DNA from: Burkholderiales bacterium
GTDB lineage: Bacteria > Pseudomonadota > Gammaproteobacteria > Burkholderiales > SG8-39
Direction of reading: 5' to 3'
Length of the DNA: 64,000 nucleotides
NCBI GenBank assembly: GCA_036262835.1
Contig: DATAID010000104.1
Location: 19,008 to 83,007 of the forward strand
Shown here: piece by piece, positions 47,163-55,109 of the stretch
Layout: every line of letters starts with the position of its first letter
How positions within the stretch are numbered: the first letter of the stretch is position 1
Position numbers and translations under genes: made by a program
Notes under the pieces: model-generated
The model's database searches: none
What the model saw: only the letters and a program-made list of their open reading frames with translations
What the model was told of the DNA's origin: nothing

Positions 47163-48005
47163 TTGGAACTGACGCTGGGAATCACCTTCGCGGTCCTCGG
47201 CGCGGCGCTCTGTCATGCGTCGTGGAACGCCATGGTCAAATCCGGGGGCGAGCCGCTGCTCAACATGGCGCTCGTCACGCTCGGCGGCAGTCTCGTCGGT
47301 ACCGTGATCGCGATTGGCGCGGCGGTGGCGCCGCCCGCGCCGGCGGCCTGGCCGTATATCGTCGCCTCCACGGTCATCCACCTCGGCTACTACCTCACCG
47401 TCGCGGCCGCGTACAAGGCGGGCGACCTCTCGCATGGCTACCCGATCATGCGCGGAACCGCGCCATTGCTCACGGCGCTCGGAACCTGGCTCTTCCTCGG
47501 GGAGTCGGTCTCCGCCGGCGCCGCGATGGGCATCGTGCTCATCTGCGGGGGCGTGCTCTCGCTCAGTCTCGTGGGCGGAGGCGCCAGCCGCGCAGCGACC
47601 ACCTGGGCGCTGCTCAACGCGCTCATCATCGCGCTCTACACGCTGGCCGATGGCGCGGGTGTGCGCGCCTCGGGCGATGCCTGGTCGTATGTCGTTTGGC
47701 TCTTCGTGATCCACGGCCTGCCCTTCAGCCTGGGGGTGCTCGCGGTGAAGCGCGGCGTGTTCCTGCGCCATGCGCGGAAAAACTGGGTTCGCGGCGCCGC
47801 CGGGGCGCTCCTCTCGGGCGCGTCCTACGGAATCGCGCTCTGGGCGATGACGCGCGCGCCGGTCGCGATCATCGCCGCGCTGCGCGAGACGTCGGTGATA
47901 TTCGGCGCGCTGATCGGCGCCTGGTTCCTCAAGGAAGGCCATCTGCGGGCCCGGTTAACCGGGGCTTTCACTGTTTTGCTCGGCTTGATTGCGTTAAAAC
48001 TCTAA
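47163..48005 (+). CDS. EamA/DMT-family transporter
   Basis: 280 aa with about 10 TM segments in a duplicated 5+5 arrangement. A TTG start is inferred. Confidence 0.7.
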   Translation: MELTLGITFAVLGAALCHASWNAMVKSGGEPLLNMALVTLGGSLVGTVIAIGAAVAPPAPAAWPYIVASTVIHLGYYLTVAAAYKAGDLSHGYPIMRGTAPLLTALGTWLFLGESVSAGAAMGIVLICGGVLSLSLVGGGASRAATTWALLNALIIALYTLADGAGVRASGDAWSYVVWLFVIHGLPFSLGVLAVKRGVFLRHARKNWVRGAAGALLSGASYGIALWAMTRAPVAIIAALRETSVIFGALIGAWFLKEGHLRARLTGAFTVLLGLIALKL

Positions 48006-48011
48006 AAAGTC

Positions 48012-49559
48012 ATGAGCTGGGAGAAAGAAATCGAGGAGTTGCGCCGGCGCGAGCAGCTGGCGCAGAAGATGGGCGGGCCCGACAAGGTCAAGCGTCAGCA
48101 CGACGGCGGCAAGCTCACGGTGCGCGAGCGCGTCGAGCGGCTGCTCGACAAAGGCTCCTTCCACGAGATCGGCGCGCTGGCGGGCGTCGCGGAGTACGGC
48201 CCCGAGGGCGACCTGAAGGACGTGCGTCCGGCCAACCTCATCTTCGGACGCGGCCGCATCGACGGGCGCACGATCGCGGTGACGGGCGACGATTTCACCG
48301 TGCGCGGCGGCGCGAACGACGGCGGCATCAAGGACAAGCTCCTGGCGGTGGAGCGCATGGCCTGCGACCTGCGCCTGCCGCTCGTGCGCCTCGTCGACGG
48401 CACGGGCGGCGGCGGCTCGGTGAAAAACCTGGAGCTGCACGGCCATTCGCCGATGCCGAAGGCGTTCCTGTGGGACTGGTGGACCGACAACCTCGGCGAA
48501 ATTCCCGTCGTCTCGCTCGCGCTCGGCTCGGTGGCGGGCTTGGGCGCGGCGCGCGTCGCGGCGAGCCACTACTCGGTCATGGTGAAGGACAGCTCGCAGA
48601 TGTTCGTCGCCGGGCCGCCCGTGGTCGAGTGGACGCACGGCAAGTTCGAGAAGAACGCGCTCGGCGGCAGCCACATCCACACGAGGAACGGCGCGGTGGA
48701 CGACGAGGCCGCGAGCGAGGACGAGGCGTTCGAGAAGACGCGCCGGTTTCTGTCCTACCTGCCCAATTCCGTCCATGATCTTTCGGAGAGAAAAGAAAAC
48801 AAGGACGATCCCAACAGGAAAGACCCGTGGCTCCTGGAAGCGGTGCCGAGGGATGCGCGCAAGGTCTACGCGATGCGCAGGATCATCGCCGCCGTCTTCG
48901 ACCGGGATTCGTTTTTCGAGATGGGGCGGCTGTGGGGCCGCTCGATCATCACGGGCCTTGCGCGGCTCGGCGGCTGGCCGGTCGCCGTGATGGCGGGCGA
49001 TCCCATGCACTATGGCGGCGCCTGGACCGCGCGCGCGTCGGAAAAAATCACGCGCTTCGTCGACCTGGCGCAGGTCTTCCACCTGCCGATGGTGCACCTC
49101 GTCGATTGTCCCGGCTTTCTCATCGGGCCGGAGGCGGAAAAGGAAGGCACGATCCGCTACGGCATGCGCGCGGCCACGGCGATCCTGCAATCGAAGATGC
49201 CGTGGTGCTCGGTGATCGTGCGCAAGGTCTTCGGCGTCGCCGGCGCGCTGCACCAGAATTCCTCCCGCTACGGCATGCGCGTGGCCTGGCCCTCCGCCGA
49301 GTGGGGCTCGCTCCCGATCGCCGGAGGGCTGGAAGCCGCCTACAAGTCCGAGATCCAGGCGGCCGCCGACCCCGCGGCGAAGCGCGCCGAAATCGAGGCG
49401 CGCATCCGCAAATTCGCCTCGCCCATGCGCGGCGCAGAGCGCTACGACGTCGAGGAGATCATCGACCCGCGCGACACGCGCAGGATTCTTTGTGAATTCG
49501 CCGAGCTCGCGGCGCCGCTGCGCGAGCGCGGACGCACGAGCTTCGGAATGCGTCCTTAG
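48012..49559 (+). CDS. Acyl-CoA carboxylase carboxyltransferase (beta) subunit
   Basis: Carboxyl-transferase N and C halves (KLTVRERV..., GDDFTVRGG, ...ITRFVDLA...PMVHLVDCPGF). There is no biotin carboxylase gene in the window. Confidence 0.9.
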   Translation: MSWEKEIEELRRREQLAQKMGGPDKVKRQHDGGKLTVRERVERLLDKGSFHEIGALAGVAEYGPEGDLKDVRPANLIFGRGRIDGRTIAVTGDDFTVRGGANDGGIKDKLLAVERMACDLRLPLVRLVDGTGGGGSVKNLELHGHSPMPKAFLWDWWTDNLGEIPVVSLALGSVAGLGAARVAASHYSVMVKDSSQMFVAGPPVVEWTHGKFEKNALGGSHIHTRNGAVDDEAASEDEAFEKTRRFLSYLPNSVHDLSERKENKDDPNRKDPWLLEAVPRDARKVYAMRRIIAAVFDRDSFFEMGRLWGRSIITGLARLGGWPVAVMAGDPMHYGGAWTARASEKITRFVDLAQVFHLPMVHLVDCPGFLIGPEAEKEGTIRYGMRAATAILQSKMPWCSVIVRKVFGVAGALHQNSSRYGMRVAWPSAEWGSLPIAGGLEAAYKSEIQAAADPAAKRAEIEARIRKFASPMRGAERYDVEEIIDPRDTRRILCEFAELAAPLRERGRTSFGMRP

Positions 49560-49684
49560 GACTACGTCCGGGAAACTGGCGCGCCAGAGCGACACTTCGC
49601 GCGCTCAACACACTGATCCATAGGAGAAATTCCTGTGGCCCGATGCTTGCTCCTGAGTCTCCTGTCCACTCAAGGAGACCCCAC

Positions 49685-50005
49685 ATGACACGTAACGCCA
49701 CCAAGCTTCTCATTGCACTGGCTGCCGGTGCGCTCACCCTCGCAGCCTGCGACCGCACGAACAATCCGGGCAAGAGCGCCTCGTCCAGCCCGTCCCAGTC
49801 CTCGTCGTCGACGCTTTCGCGCAACGACTCGAGCCCGAGCGGTCCGGCCAGCGGCTCGAGCAGCATGTCGGGTTCCGCGGCGACGAGCCCGTCGAGCCCC
49901 TCCAGCCCGTCGAGCTCGAGCAGCGCGTCGGGTGCCTCGCCGAGCTCGCCTTCTTCGAGCCCGAGCGCGGAAAACGAGAAAGACAAGACCGGCTCCAGCA
50001 AGTAG
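49685..50005 (+). CDS. Ser/Pro-rich low-complexity lipoprotein (paralogue 1 of 3)
   Basis: MTRNATKLLIALAAGALTLAACDR has a lipobox and an AAGGAGA RBS. The mature part is almost entirely S/P/G/A. Confidence 0.65.
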   Translation: MTRNATKLLIALAAGALTLAACDRTNNPGKSASSSPSQSSSSTLSRNDSSPSGPASGSSSMSGSAATSPSSPSSPSSSSSASGASPSSPSSSPSAENEKDKTGSSK

Positions 50006-50079
50006 TTCAAGCACCACGGATGGCAGGCAGCGGCTCGTCCGCTGCCTGTTCTCGACCCCCTCACCATCAGGAGAATTTC

Positions 50080-50484
50080 ATGACTCGTCCTTTGATTCCG
50101 CTTATCGTTGCCTTGAGCGCCAGCGCCCTTGCACTCGCGGCTTGCGACCGGCAAGGCCCCGCGGGACCGGCGGGCGCGCCGGGCAAGTCCTCGTCGTCTT
50201 CGTCCTCGACGGCCACGCAGCCTTCGGCGCGCGCGGATAGCGCCCCGTCGAGCTCGAGCAGCTCGTCTGCGACGCCCGGCCCCTCCGCGTCCAACACGCC
50301 GCCGCCTTCCTCCTCGTCGACATCGGTGACGATCGCGCCCCAGTCCCCGCCTGCCTCGAGCTCGAGCAGCTCGACGACCACGCCCGCGCCGAGCGCCGAG
50401 GCGCCGTCCTCGTCCTCGTCCTCGAGCACCGCGAGCCCGAGCAGCGACAGCACGAAGAGCGAAGCCAAGAGCGAGTCGAAGTAG
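50080..50484 (+). CDS. Ser/Pro-rich low-complexity lipoprotein (paralogue 2 of 3)
   Basis: MTRPLIPLIVALSASALALAACDR has a lipobox and a CAGGAGA RBS. The tail is S/P/A/T-rich and ends in KSEAKSESK. Confidence 0.65.
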   Translation: MTRPLIPLIVALSASALALAACDRQGPAGPAGAPGKSSSSSSSTATQPSARADSAPSSSSSSSATPGPSASNTPPPSSSSTSVTIAPQSPPASSSSSSTTTPAPSAEAPSSSSSSSTASPSSDSTKSEAKSESK

Positions 50485-50490
50485 GAGCTC

Positions 50491-50742
50491 ATGATGCGAG
50501 CCCAGATCGTGCTGCTCATCGCGGTGGCAGCCCTTGCAGCTTGCGACCGCGGCGAGCGCGGACCGGTGAAGAGCGCCTCGCAGGCTCCTGCGTCCTCGCA
50601 GGCGCCACGCGCCGACGTCGGGCAATTGCCCTCTCAGCAACCGCCGCAGGCCGACGCCAAGAAGGAGACGCAGACGCCCGTGCAGGGGCAAGCGGATGCG
50701 CGCGAAGGCGATCAGCGCCAGCACTTCGACAAGAAGAGCTAG
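50491..50742 (+). CDS. Gln/Pro/Ala-rich lipoprotein (paralogue 3 of 3)
   Basis: MMRAQIVLLIAVAALAACDR has a lipobox, and the AGGAG RBS overlaps the preceding stop. The tail is low-complexity. Confidence 0.6.
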   Translation: MMRAQIVLLIAVAALAACDRGERGPVKSASQAPASSQAPRADVGQLPSQQPPQADAKKETQTPVQGQADAREGDQRQHFDKKS

Positions 50743-51185
50743 CCGAGCGCCTTTCGCATGAAGACGCGCGCCAGGCCGTTATCGGTCCGGCGCGCGTATT
50801 CGACGTAGCCGTTCCGCGCGTAGAGCGCCTGGTTCTCGGTCATCTTTTCGTGCGTGTACAGGTAAAGGCTCGCATGGCCTTTCCTGCGCGCCTCTGACTC
50901 GGCGAACTGAATGAGCAGGCGGCCGACGCCTCTTCCCTTCACCGCGGGGTCGACTCCGACGGTCTCGAGCAGGAATCCTTCGTCGGTCTCGTCGAGCACG
51001 AGCATGCCGACGATTTTTCCCGCCAGCTCGGCGACGTGCACCGGACGCTCGCCGATGATCTTCGCGTAGTCGTCGAGCATCGGCGCGGGCTTTCGCCCAA
51101 TGCGCTCGACGTAGTGCGCGTAGGCGGCATCGACGCAGGCGCGTATCGCATCCGCGTCCGCGCCGGTTGCCCGGCGAACGATCAG
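50739..51185 (-). CDS. GNAT-family N-acetyltransferase (start codon uncertain, probably non-canonical)
   Basis: IVRRATGADADAI (beta1-alpha1) is followed by the acetyl-CoA motif VDPAVKGRGVGRLL. There is no in-frame ATG, GTG or TTG upstream until well inside the MAPEG gene. CTG 51185 or ATC 51182 overlaps the MAPEG TGA. Confidence 0.7.
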   Translation of the reverse strand: MIVRRATGADADAIRACVDAAYAHYVERIGRKPAPMLDDYAKIIGERPVHVAELAGKIVGMLVLDETDEGFLLETVGVDPAVKGRGVGRLLIQFAESEARRKGHASLYLYTHEKMTENQALYARNGYVEYARRTDNGLARVFMRKALG

Positions 51186-51574
51186 CGAGCCAGGATGTGC
51201 CAGGCGACGCAGGCCTGCGACAGGAATCCGACCGTGAACGAAAGCGTGCGCACCCAGGCGATCGCGAAGGTGTACGAAACGGCGTGCACCACGCGCGCCC
51301 AGAAGTACACCATGCTCGAGGTGGCGATCGCCGTGTTCGAGATCCCGGCGTCCTGCGCGACGAGCACCAGCGCGGCGAATATCACGAGGTTTTCGACTGC
51401 GTTGCCGTGGGCCTTCATGAGGCGCTGCGCCCACGGCGACTGCGGCCTGGGATTTTCCGGATAGCCGACCGAGTTCACGAGGCCGCGCACCGCGACGCGG
51501 TCCAGGATGTAGGGAATCCAAAGCAAGCCGGTAAACGCGGTGACCAGCGCCAGATAGAACAGCTCCGTTTTCAT
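51182..51574 (-). CDS. MAPEG-family membrane protein
   Basis: 130 aa with 4 hydrophobic helices. The pattern HGNAVENLVIFAALV...RVVHAV is reminiscent of MAPEG/inner-membrane YecN-type proteins. Confidence 0.7.
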   Translation of the reverse strand: MKTELFYLALVTAFTGLLWIPYILDRVAVRGLVNSVGYPENPRPQSPWAQRLMKAHGNAVENLVIFAALVLVAQDAGISNTAIATSSMVYFWARVVHAVSYTFAIAWVRTLSFTVGFLSQACVAWHILAR

Positions 51575-51610
51575 GCCGCCTCCCCCGTTTCTGAAAGAAA
51601 AGGTACCAGC

Positions 51611-51919
51611 CTAACGCTTCTCGGGCGCAACCCCCTTCAGCCGCGCGATCAGCTGGTCGTGCTCGGCGCGGTTCACCGGCCGGTGCTTGACCGAGGTGCT
51701 TGCCGGGTCCTTGCCGAGGTAGTTGCCGCCCTTCCAGTCCTTTTTCGGGCGCACCGGACGCGGCATGAACCCGCCGCCGCAGTTGGGACACACGTTCTTC
51801 AGCACGTTTTCGACGCACTCGCCGCAAAAGGTGCATTCGTAGGAGCAGATCCACGCTTCCGCGGAATCGGGCGGCAGCGCGCGATTGCAGTGCTCGCAGG
51901 TCGGCCTGAGCTGCAGCAT
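51611..51919 (-). CDS. DUF1272 Cys-rich (zinc-ribbon-like) protein
   Basis: Start MLQLRPTCEHCNRALP. It has eight Cys residues in CxxC...CxxxC..CxxC...CxxC spacing. The track ORF 51611..52924 is over-extended. Confidence 0.7.
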   Translation of the reverse strand: MLQLRPTCEHCNRALPPDSAEAWICSYECTFCGECVENVLKNVCPNCGGGFMPRPVRPKKDWKGGNYLGKDPASTSVKHRPVNRAEHDQLIARLKGVAPEKR

Positions 51920-51924
51920 GGCGG

Positions 51925-52908
51925 CTACTTTCTCGCGGACTTGAGCGCGTCCGGATTGACGACGTTGATCGGCTTGCCGGCGGCGTAGGAAACGATCTGG
52001 TCGAAGATGTCGGAAAACTGCAGCTCGTACTCCTCGCGCGAGACATAGCCGATGTGCGGCGTGCACACGAGGTTCGGCAGGCTGAGGAGCGGATCGTTCG
52101 GGTCGCGCACGGGCTCCTTTTCGTAGACGTCCACGGCGGCCCATCCCGGGCGGCCGGCCTTGAGCGCGGCAAGGAGCGCGCCGCGCGCAACAAGGCCCGC
52201 GCGGCTCGTGTTGACGAGGATCGCGCTGGGCTTCATGCGCGCGAGATCTGCCGCCGAGACGATGCCGCGCGTCGCGTCGACAAGGCGCATGTGCAGCGAG
52301 AGGACGTCGCACTCGGCGAAAAATTCTTCCTTCGAGGCGGCAAGCGCGTGGCCGTCCTTCTTCGCGCGCTCGAGCGACTCGGGCCGCGCCCAGGCGAGCA
52401 CCTTCATGCCGAAGGCCTTGCCGTAGCTCGCGACCACCGCGCCGATGCGCCCGTAGCCGAAGATGCCGAGCGTCTTGCCGCGCACGGTCGAGCCCACGCC
52501 GGTCTGCCAGGTGCCGGCCTTGAGCGAATTCATCTGCTGCGGAATCTGGCGCGCCGCCGCGAGCACGAGCCCCCAGGTGAGCTCCGCGGTCGCATAGGAG
52601 GGCGTGCCGGCGTGCATGTTCGAGGAGACGACGATGCCGAGGCGCGTGCAGGCCTCGATGTCGATGTGCGGCCAGACGCTCCTCTGGCTGATGAGGCGCA
52701 GCTTCGGCAGCTTCTCCAGCAGCGGGGCGCGGATCTGGGTGCGCTCCCGGATGAGGACGAGCGCCTCGGTGTCCTTCAGGCGCTCGGCGAGCGGGCCGAC
52801 CTCCTGCACATGGTCCGTCCAGATCGTCACCTCGTGGCCGCGCAGCTTGGCGAAGCAGCCGAGCGTGCGCAGGGTGTCGTGGTAGTCGTCGAGGACGGAA
52901 ACTTTCAT
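51925..52908 (-). CDS. D-isomer-specific 2-hydroxyacid dehydrogenase family protein
   Basis: NAD-binding motif [14 protein letters not shown], with catalytic R...E...H regions in the C-terminal half ([12 protein letters not shown]). Confidence 0.9.
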   Translation of the reverse strand: MKVSVLDDYHDTLRTLGCFAKLRGHEVTIWTDHVQEVGPLAERLKDTEALVLIRERTQIRAPLLEKLPKLRLISQRSVWPHIDIEACTRLGIVVSSNMHAGTPSYATAELTWGLVLAAARQIPQQMNSLKAGTWQTGVGSTVRGKTLGIFGYGRIGAVVASYGKAFGMKVLAWARPESLERAKKDGHALAASKEEFFAECDVLSLHMRLVDATRGIVSAADLARMKPSAILVNTSRAGLVARGALLAALKAGRPGWAAVDVYEKEPVRDPNDPLLSLPNLVCTPHIGYVSREEYELQFSDIFDQIVSYAAGKPINVVNPDALKSARK

Positions 52909-52944
52909 GCGACAATTCTCTCATTCCGTAATACCCCGAGTCTT

Positions 52945-52992
52945 ACCCCGGAATCCGCACTTTTTAGCCGCATTTTTGGCAGCATTTTTGGC
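52945..52992. repeat. Four tandem 12-nt units with phased T-tracts in a divergent promoter region
   Basis: The units are CCGCACTTTTTA, GCCGCATTTTTG, GCAGCATTTTTG and GCCGCATTTTCG. They are contiguous and lie between the divergent genes starting at 52908 (-) and 53015 (+). Confidence 0.7.
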
Positions 52993-53014
52993 CGCATTTT
53001 CGTAGAGGTCCGCC

Positions 53015-53407
53015 ATGGCAACCCGTCAGGACGAACGCACGATCGAGCCGGACATGAATCCGCAGGACCTCTGGCTCGAGGAGATCTTCACCGACCGGCG
53101 CGTCGGCACGATCCGGCGCATGACGCCGGTGAAGGGCGACGGCACGCCCGATGCCGAGCGCCAGGTCATGTACGTCGGCGAGACGCAGGTGCTCTCGCAG
53201 ATCGGCACGCTGCCGATCACGTTCCCGCTCGAGGCAAAGACGCTGGAGGAGGCCGCGAAGCTCTTCGGCCCGGCCGCGAAAACCGCCATCGAGCGCGCCG
53301 TGAAGGAGCTGCAGGAGCTGCGCCGCCAGGCGGCGTCCTCGATCGTGGTGCCGCAGGGCGGCATGCCGCCGATGGGCCCTGGCGGCGGGAAAATCCAGAT
53401 GCCGTAG
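53015..53407 (+). CDS. Hypothetical cytoplasmic protein with a Gly/Pro/Met-rich C-terminal tail
   Basis: 130 aa ORF with an AGAGG RBS. I recognise no motif. The tail reads VVPQGGMPPMGPGGGKIQMP. Confidence 0.55.
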   Translation: MATRQDERTIEPDMNPQDLWLEEIFTDRRVGTIRRMTPVKGDGTPDAERQVMYVGETQVLSQIGTLPITFPLEAKTLEEAAKLFGPAAKTAIERAVKELQELRRQAASSIVVPQGGMPPMGPGGGKIQMP

Positions 53408-53418
53408 AGAAAACCTGG

Positions 53419-53438
53419 ATCCCCGCGTTCGCGGGGAT
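53419..53438. repeat. REP-like GC-rich palindromic hairpin
   Basis: ATCCCCGCG-TT-CGCGGGGAT is a near-perfect 20-nt palindrome lying between the hypothetical gene and the fadD-like gene. It resembles the intergenic CCCGCG..CGCGGG elements common in beta- and gamma-proteobacteria. Confidence 0.35.
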
Positions 53439-53463
53439 GCCCGGTCTGCAAGGAGGAGGGGGT

Positions 53464-55104
53464 ATGCAGGGCTTGATGATGGACCTACCGTTGCTCGTGA
53501 GTAGCCTGATCGAGCATGCGGACCGCCACCACGGCGACACCGAGATCGTCTCCAAGACCGTCGAAGACGGCTCGATCCACCGCTACACCTACCGGGAAGC
53601 GCACCAGCGGGCGCGCAGGCTCGCAAAGGCAATGAAGAGCCTCGGCGCCTCGATGAACGACCGCATCGGCACGCTCGCCTGGAACGGCTTCCGGCACTTC
53701 GAGATCTACTACGCGGCCGCAGGCTCGGGCTGCGTCATCCACACCATCAACCCGCGGCTCTTTGCCGACCAGATCAGCTATATCGGCAATCACGCCGAGG
53801 ACAAGCTCCTCTTCTTCGACGTGAACCTCGCGCCGCTGGTGGAAAAGCTGGCGCCGATGCTGAAAAGCGTGAAGGCCTTCGTGGCGATGTGCGGGCGAGG
53901 CGCGATGCCGAAAGCGGCGATTCCGAACCTGCAGTGCTACGAGGAGCTGCTCGAAGCCGAGGGCGATGACTTCCAATGGCCGTCGTTCGACGAGCGCACC
54001 GCGGCCTGCCTTTGCTACACCTCGGGGACGACGGGCAATCCGAAAGGCGCGCTCTACTCGCACCGCTCGACGATCCTGCATGCCTACGGCGCGGCGATGC
54101 CCGATGCGCTCAACCTTTCCGCGCGCGACGTGGTGCTGCCGGTCGTGCCGATGTTCCACGTCAACGCCTGGGGGATTCCGTACAGCGCGGCGATGACGGG
54201 AACGAAGCTCGTTTTCCCGGGGCATCACCTCGACGGCAAGAGCCTGCACGGCCTCTTCGAGTCCGAGGGCGTGACGATGTCGGCCGGCGTGCCGACCGTG
54301 TGGCTGGGACTGCTCAACCACATGAAGGAGCAGAAGCTCAAATTCTCCACGCTGAAGAGCGTGGTGATCGGCGGCTCGGCCGCGCCGCCCGCGATGATCC
54401 GCACCTTCCAGGAAGACTACGGCGTGCAGGTGCTGCACGCCTGGGGCATGACCGAGATGAGCCCGCTCGGCACCGTGTGCACGTTCAAGGCGAAGCATGC
54501 GGCTTCCAGCAAGGAAGATCGCTACGCGCTGCAGAACAAGGTCGGCCGCGTCATCTACGGCGTCGACACGAGAATCGTCAACGAAGAGGGCAGGGAATTG
54601 CCGCGCGACGGCAAGGCTTTCGGCGACCTGCAGGTGCGCGGGCCCTGGATCATCAAGGGCTACTTCAAGGGCGAGGGCGGCGATCCGCTCAAGAAGGACG
54701 CCGAAGGCCGCGGCTGGTTTCCGACCGGCGACGTGGTGACGATCGATCCGGACGGCTACATCCAGATCACCGACCGGTCGAAGGACGTGATCAAGTCGGG
54801 CGGCGAGTGGATCAGCTCCATCGACCTGGAGAACATCGCGGTCGAGCACCCGGCGATCCAGGAGGCCGCGGTGATCGGCGTCAAGCACGCCAAGTGGGAC
54901 GAGCGCCCGATCGTGGTCGCGGTCAAGAAGGCGGGACAGGAGGTGAGCAAGGGCGAGCTGCTCAAGTTCTACGAGGGCAAGATCGCCAAGTGGTGGATGC
55001 CCGAGGACGTCGTGTTCGTGAAGGAGCTGCCGCACACCGCGACGGGCAAGCTCTCCAAGCTCACGCTGCGCCAGCAGATGAAGGACTACAAGCTCCCCGG
55101 GTAG
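53464..55104 (+). CDS. Long-chain/medium-chain fatty-acid--CoA ligase (AMP-dependent synthetase)
   Basis: Start [11 protein letters not shown], preceded by AGGAGGAGGGGG. AMP-binding motif [13 protein letters not shown], followed by [18 protein letters not shown]. Confidence 0.9.
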   Translation: MQGLMMDLPLLVSSLIEHADRHHGDTEIVSKTVEDGSIHRYTYREAHQRARRLAKAMKSLGASMNDRIGTLAWNGFRHFEIYYAAAGSGCVIHTINPRLFADQISYIGNHAEDKLLFFDVNLAPLVEKLAPMLKSVKAFVAMCGRGAMPKAAIPNLQCYEELLEAEGDDFQWPSFDERTAACLCYTSGTTGNPKGALYSHRSTILHAYGAAMPDALNLSARDVVLPVVPMFHVNAWGIPYSAAMTGTKLVFPGHHLDGKSLHGLFESEGVTMSAGVPTVWLGLLNHMKEQKLKFSTLKSVVIGGSAAPPAMIRTFQEDYGVQVLHAWGMTEMSPLGTVCTFKAKHAASSKEDRYALQNKVGRVIYGVDTRIVNEEGRELPRDGKAFGDLQVRGPWIIKGYFKGEGGDPLKKDAEGRGWFPTGDVVTIDPDGYIQITDRSKDVIKSGGEWISSIDLENIAVEHPAIQEAAVIGVKHAKWDERPIVVAVKKAGQEVSKGELLKFYEGKIAKWWMPEDVVFVKELPHTATGKLSKLTLRQQMKDYKLPG

Positions 55105-55109
55105 CGCGC

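Noticed and set aside
49657-49679. A GTCTCC...GGAGAC hairpin that could mask the RBS of the first Ser/Pro lipoprotein.
   Set aside because: It has only a 6-bp stem with an 11-nt loop. That is too weak and too likely to arise by chance to report as a feature.
49760-50460. Ser-codon runs considered as a phase-variable simple-sequence-repeat locus.
   Set aside because: The Ser/Pro stretches use mixed codons (TCG, TCC, AGC and CCG, CCC). I see no perfect homopolymeric tract or perfect short tandem tract long enough for slippage.
49459-50724. A 421-aa minus-strand ORF, and several other 60-175-aa ORFs, across the Ser/Pro-rich region.
   Set aside because: They are mirror images of low-complexity coding sequence and give poly-Arg/Gly/Leu/Glu products. 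The plus-strand genes each have an SD, a signal peptide and a lipobox.
50739-52193. A 484-aa minus-strand ORF.
   Set aside because: Only the C-terminal ~148 aa form a GNAT fold. The upstream portion overlaps the MAPEG, DUF1272 and dehydrogenase genes in other frames and is compositionally Arg/Ala/Pro-rich noise.
52945-52992. The possibility that the 12-nt tandem array is a CRISPR or mini-CRISPR.
   Set aside because: The units are contiguous with no spacers and are far shorter than CRISPR repeats. There are no cas genes. I kept it as a regulatory or curvature repeat instead.
52054-55104. A 1016-aa plus-strand ORF suggesting a giant fused ligase.
   Set aside because: The first 470 codons are antisense to the 2-hydroxyacid dehydrogenase and read through the separate 130-aa gene region in another frame. 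A strong AGGAGGAGGGGG RBS and the typical ligase N-terminus place the real start at 53464.
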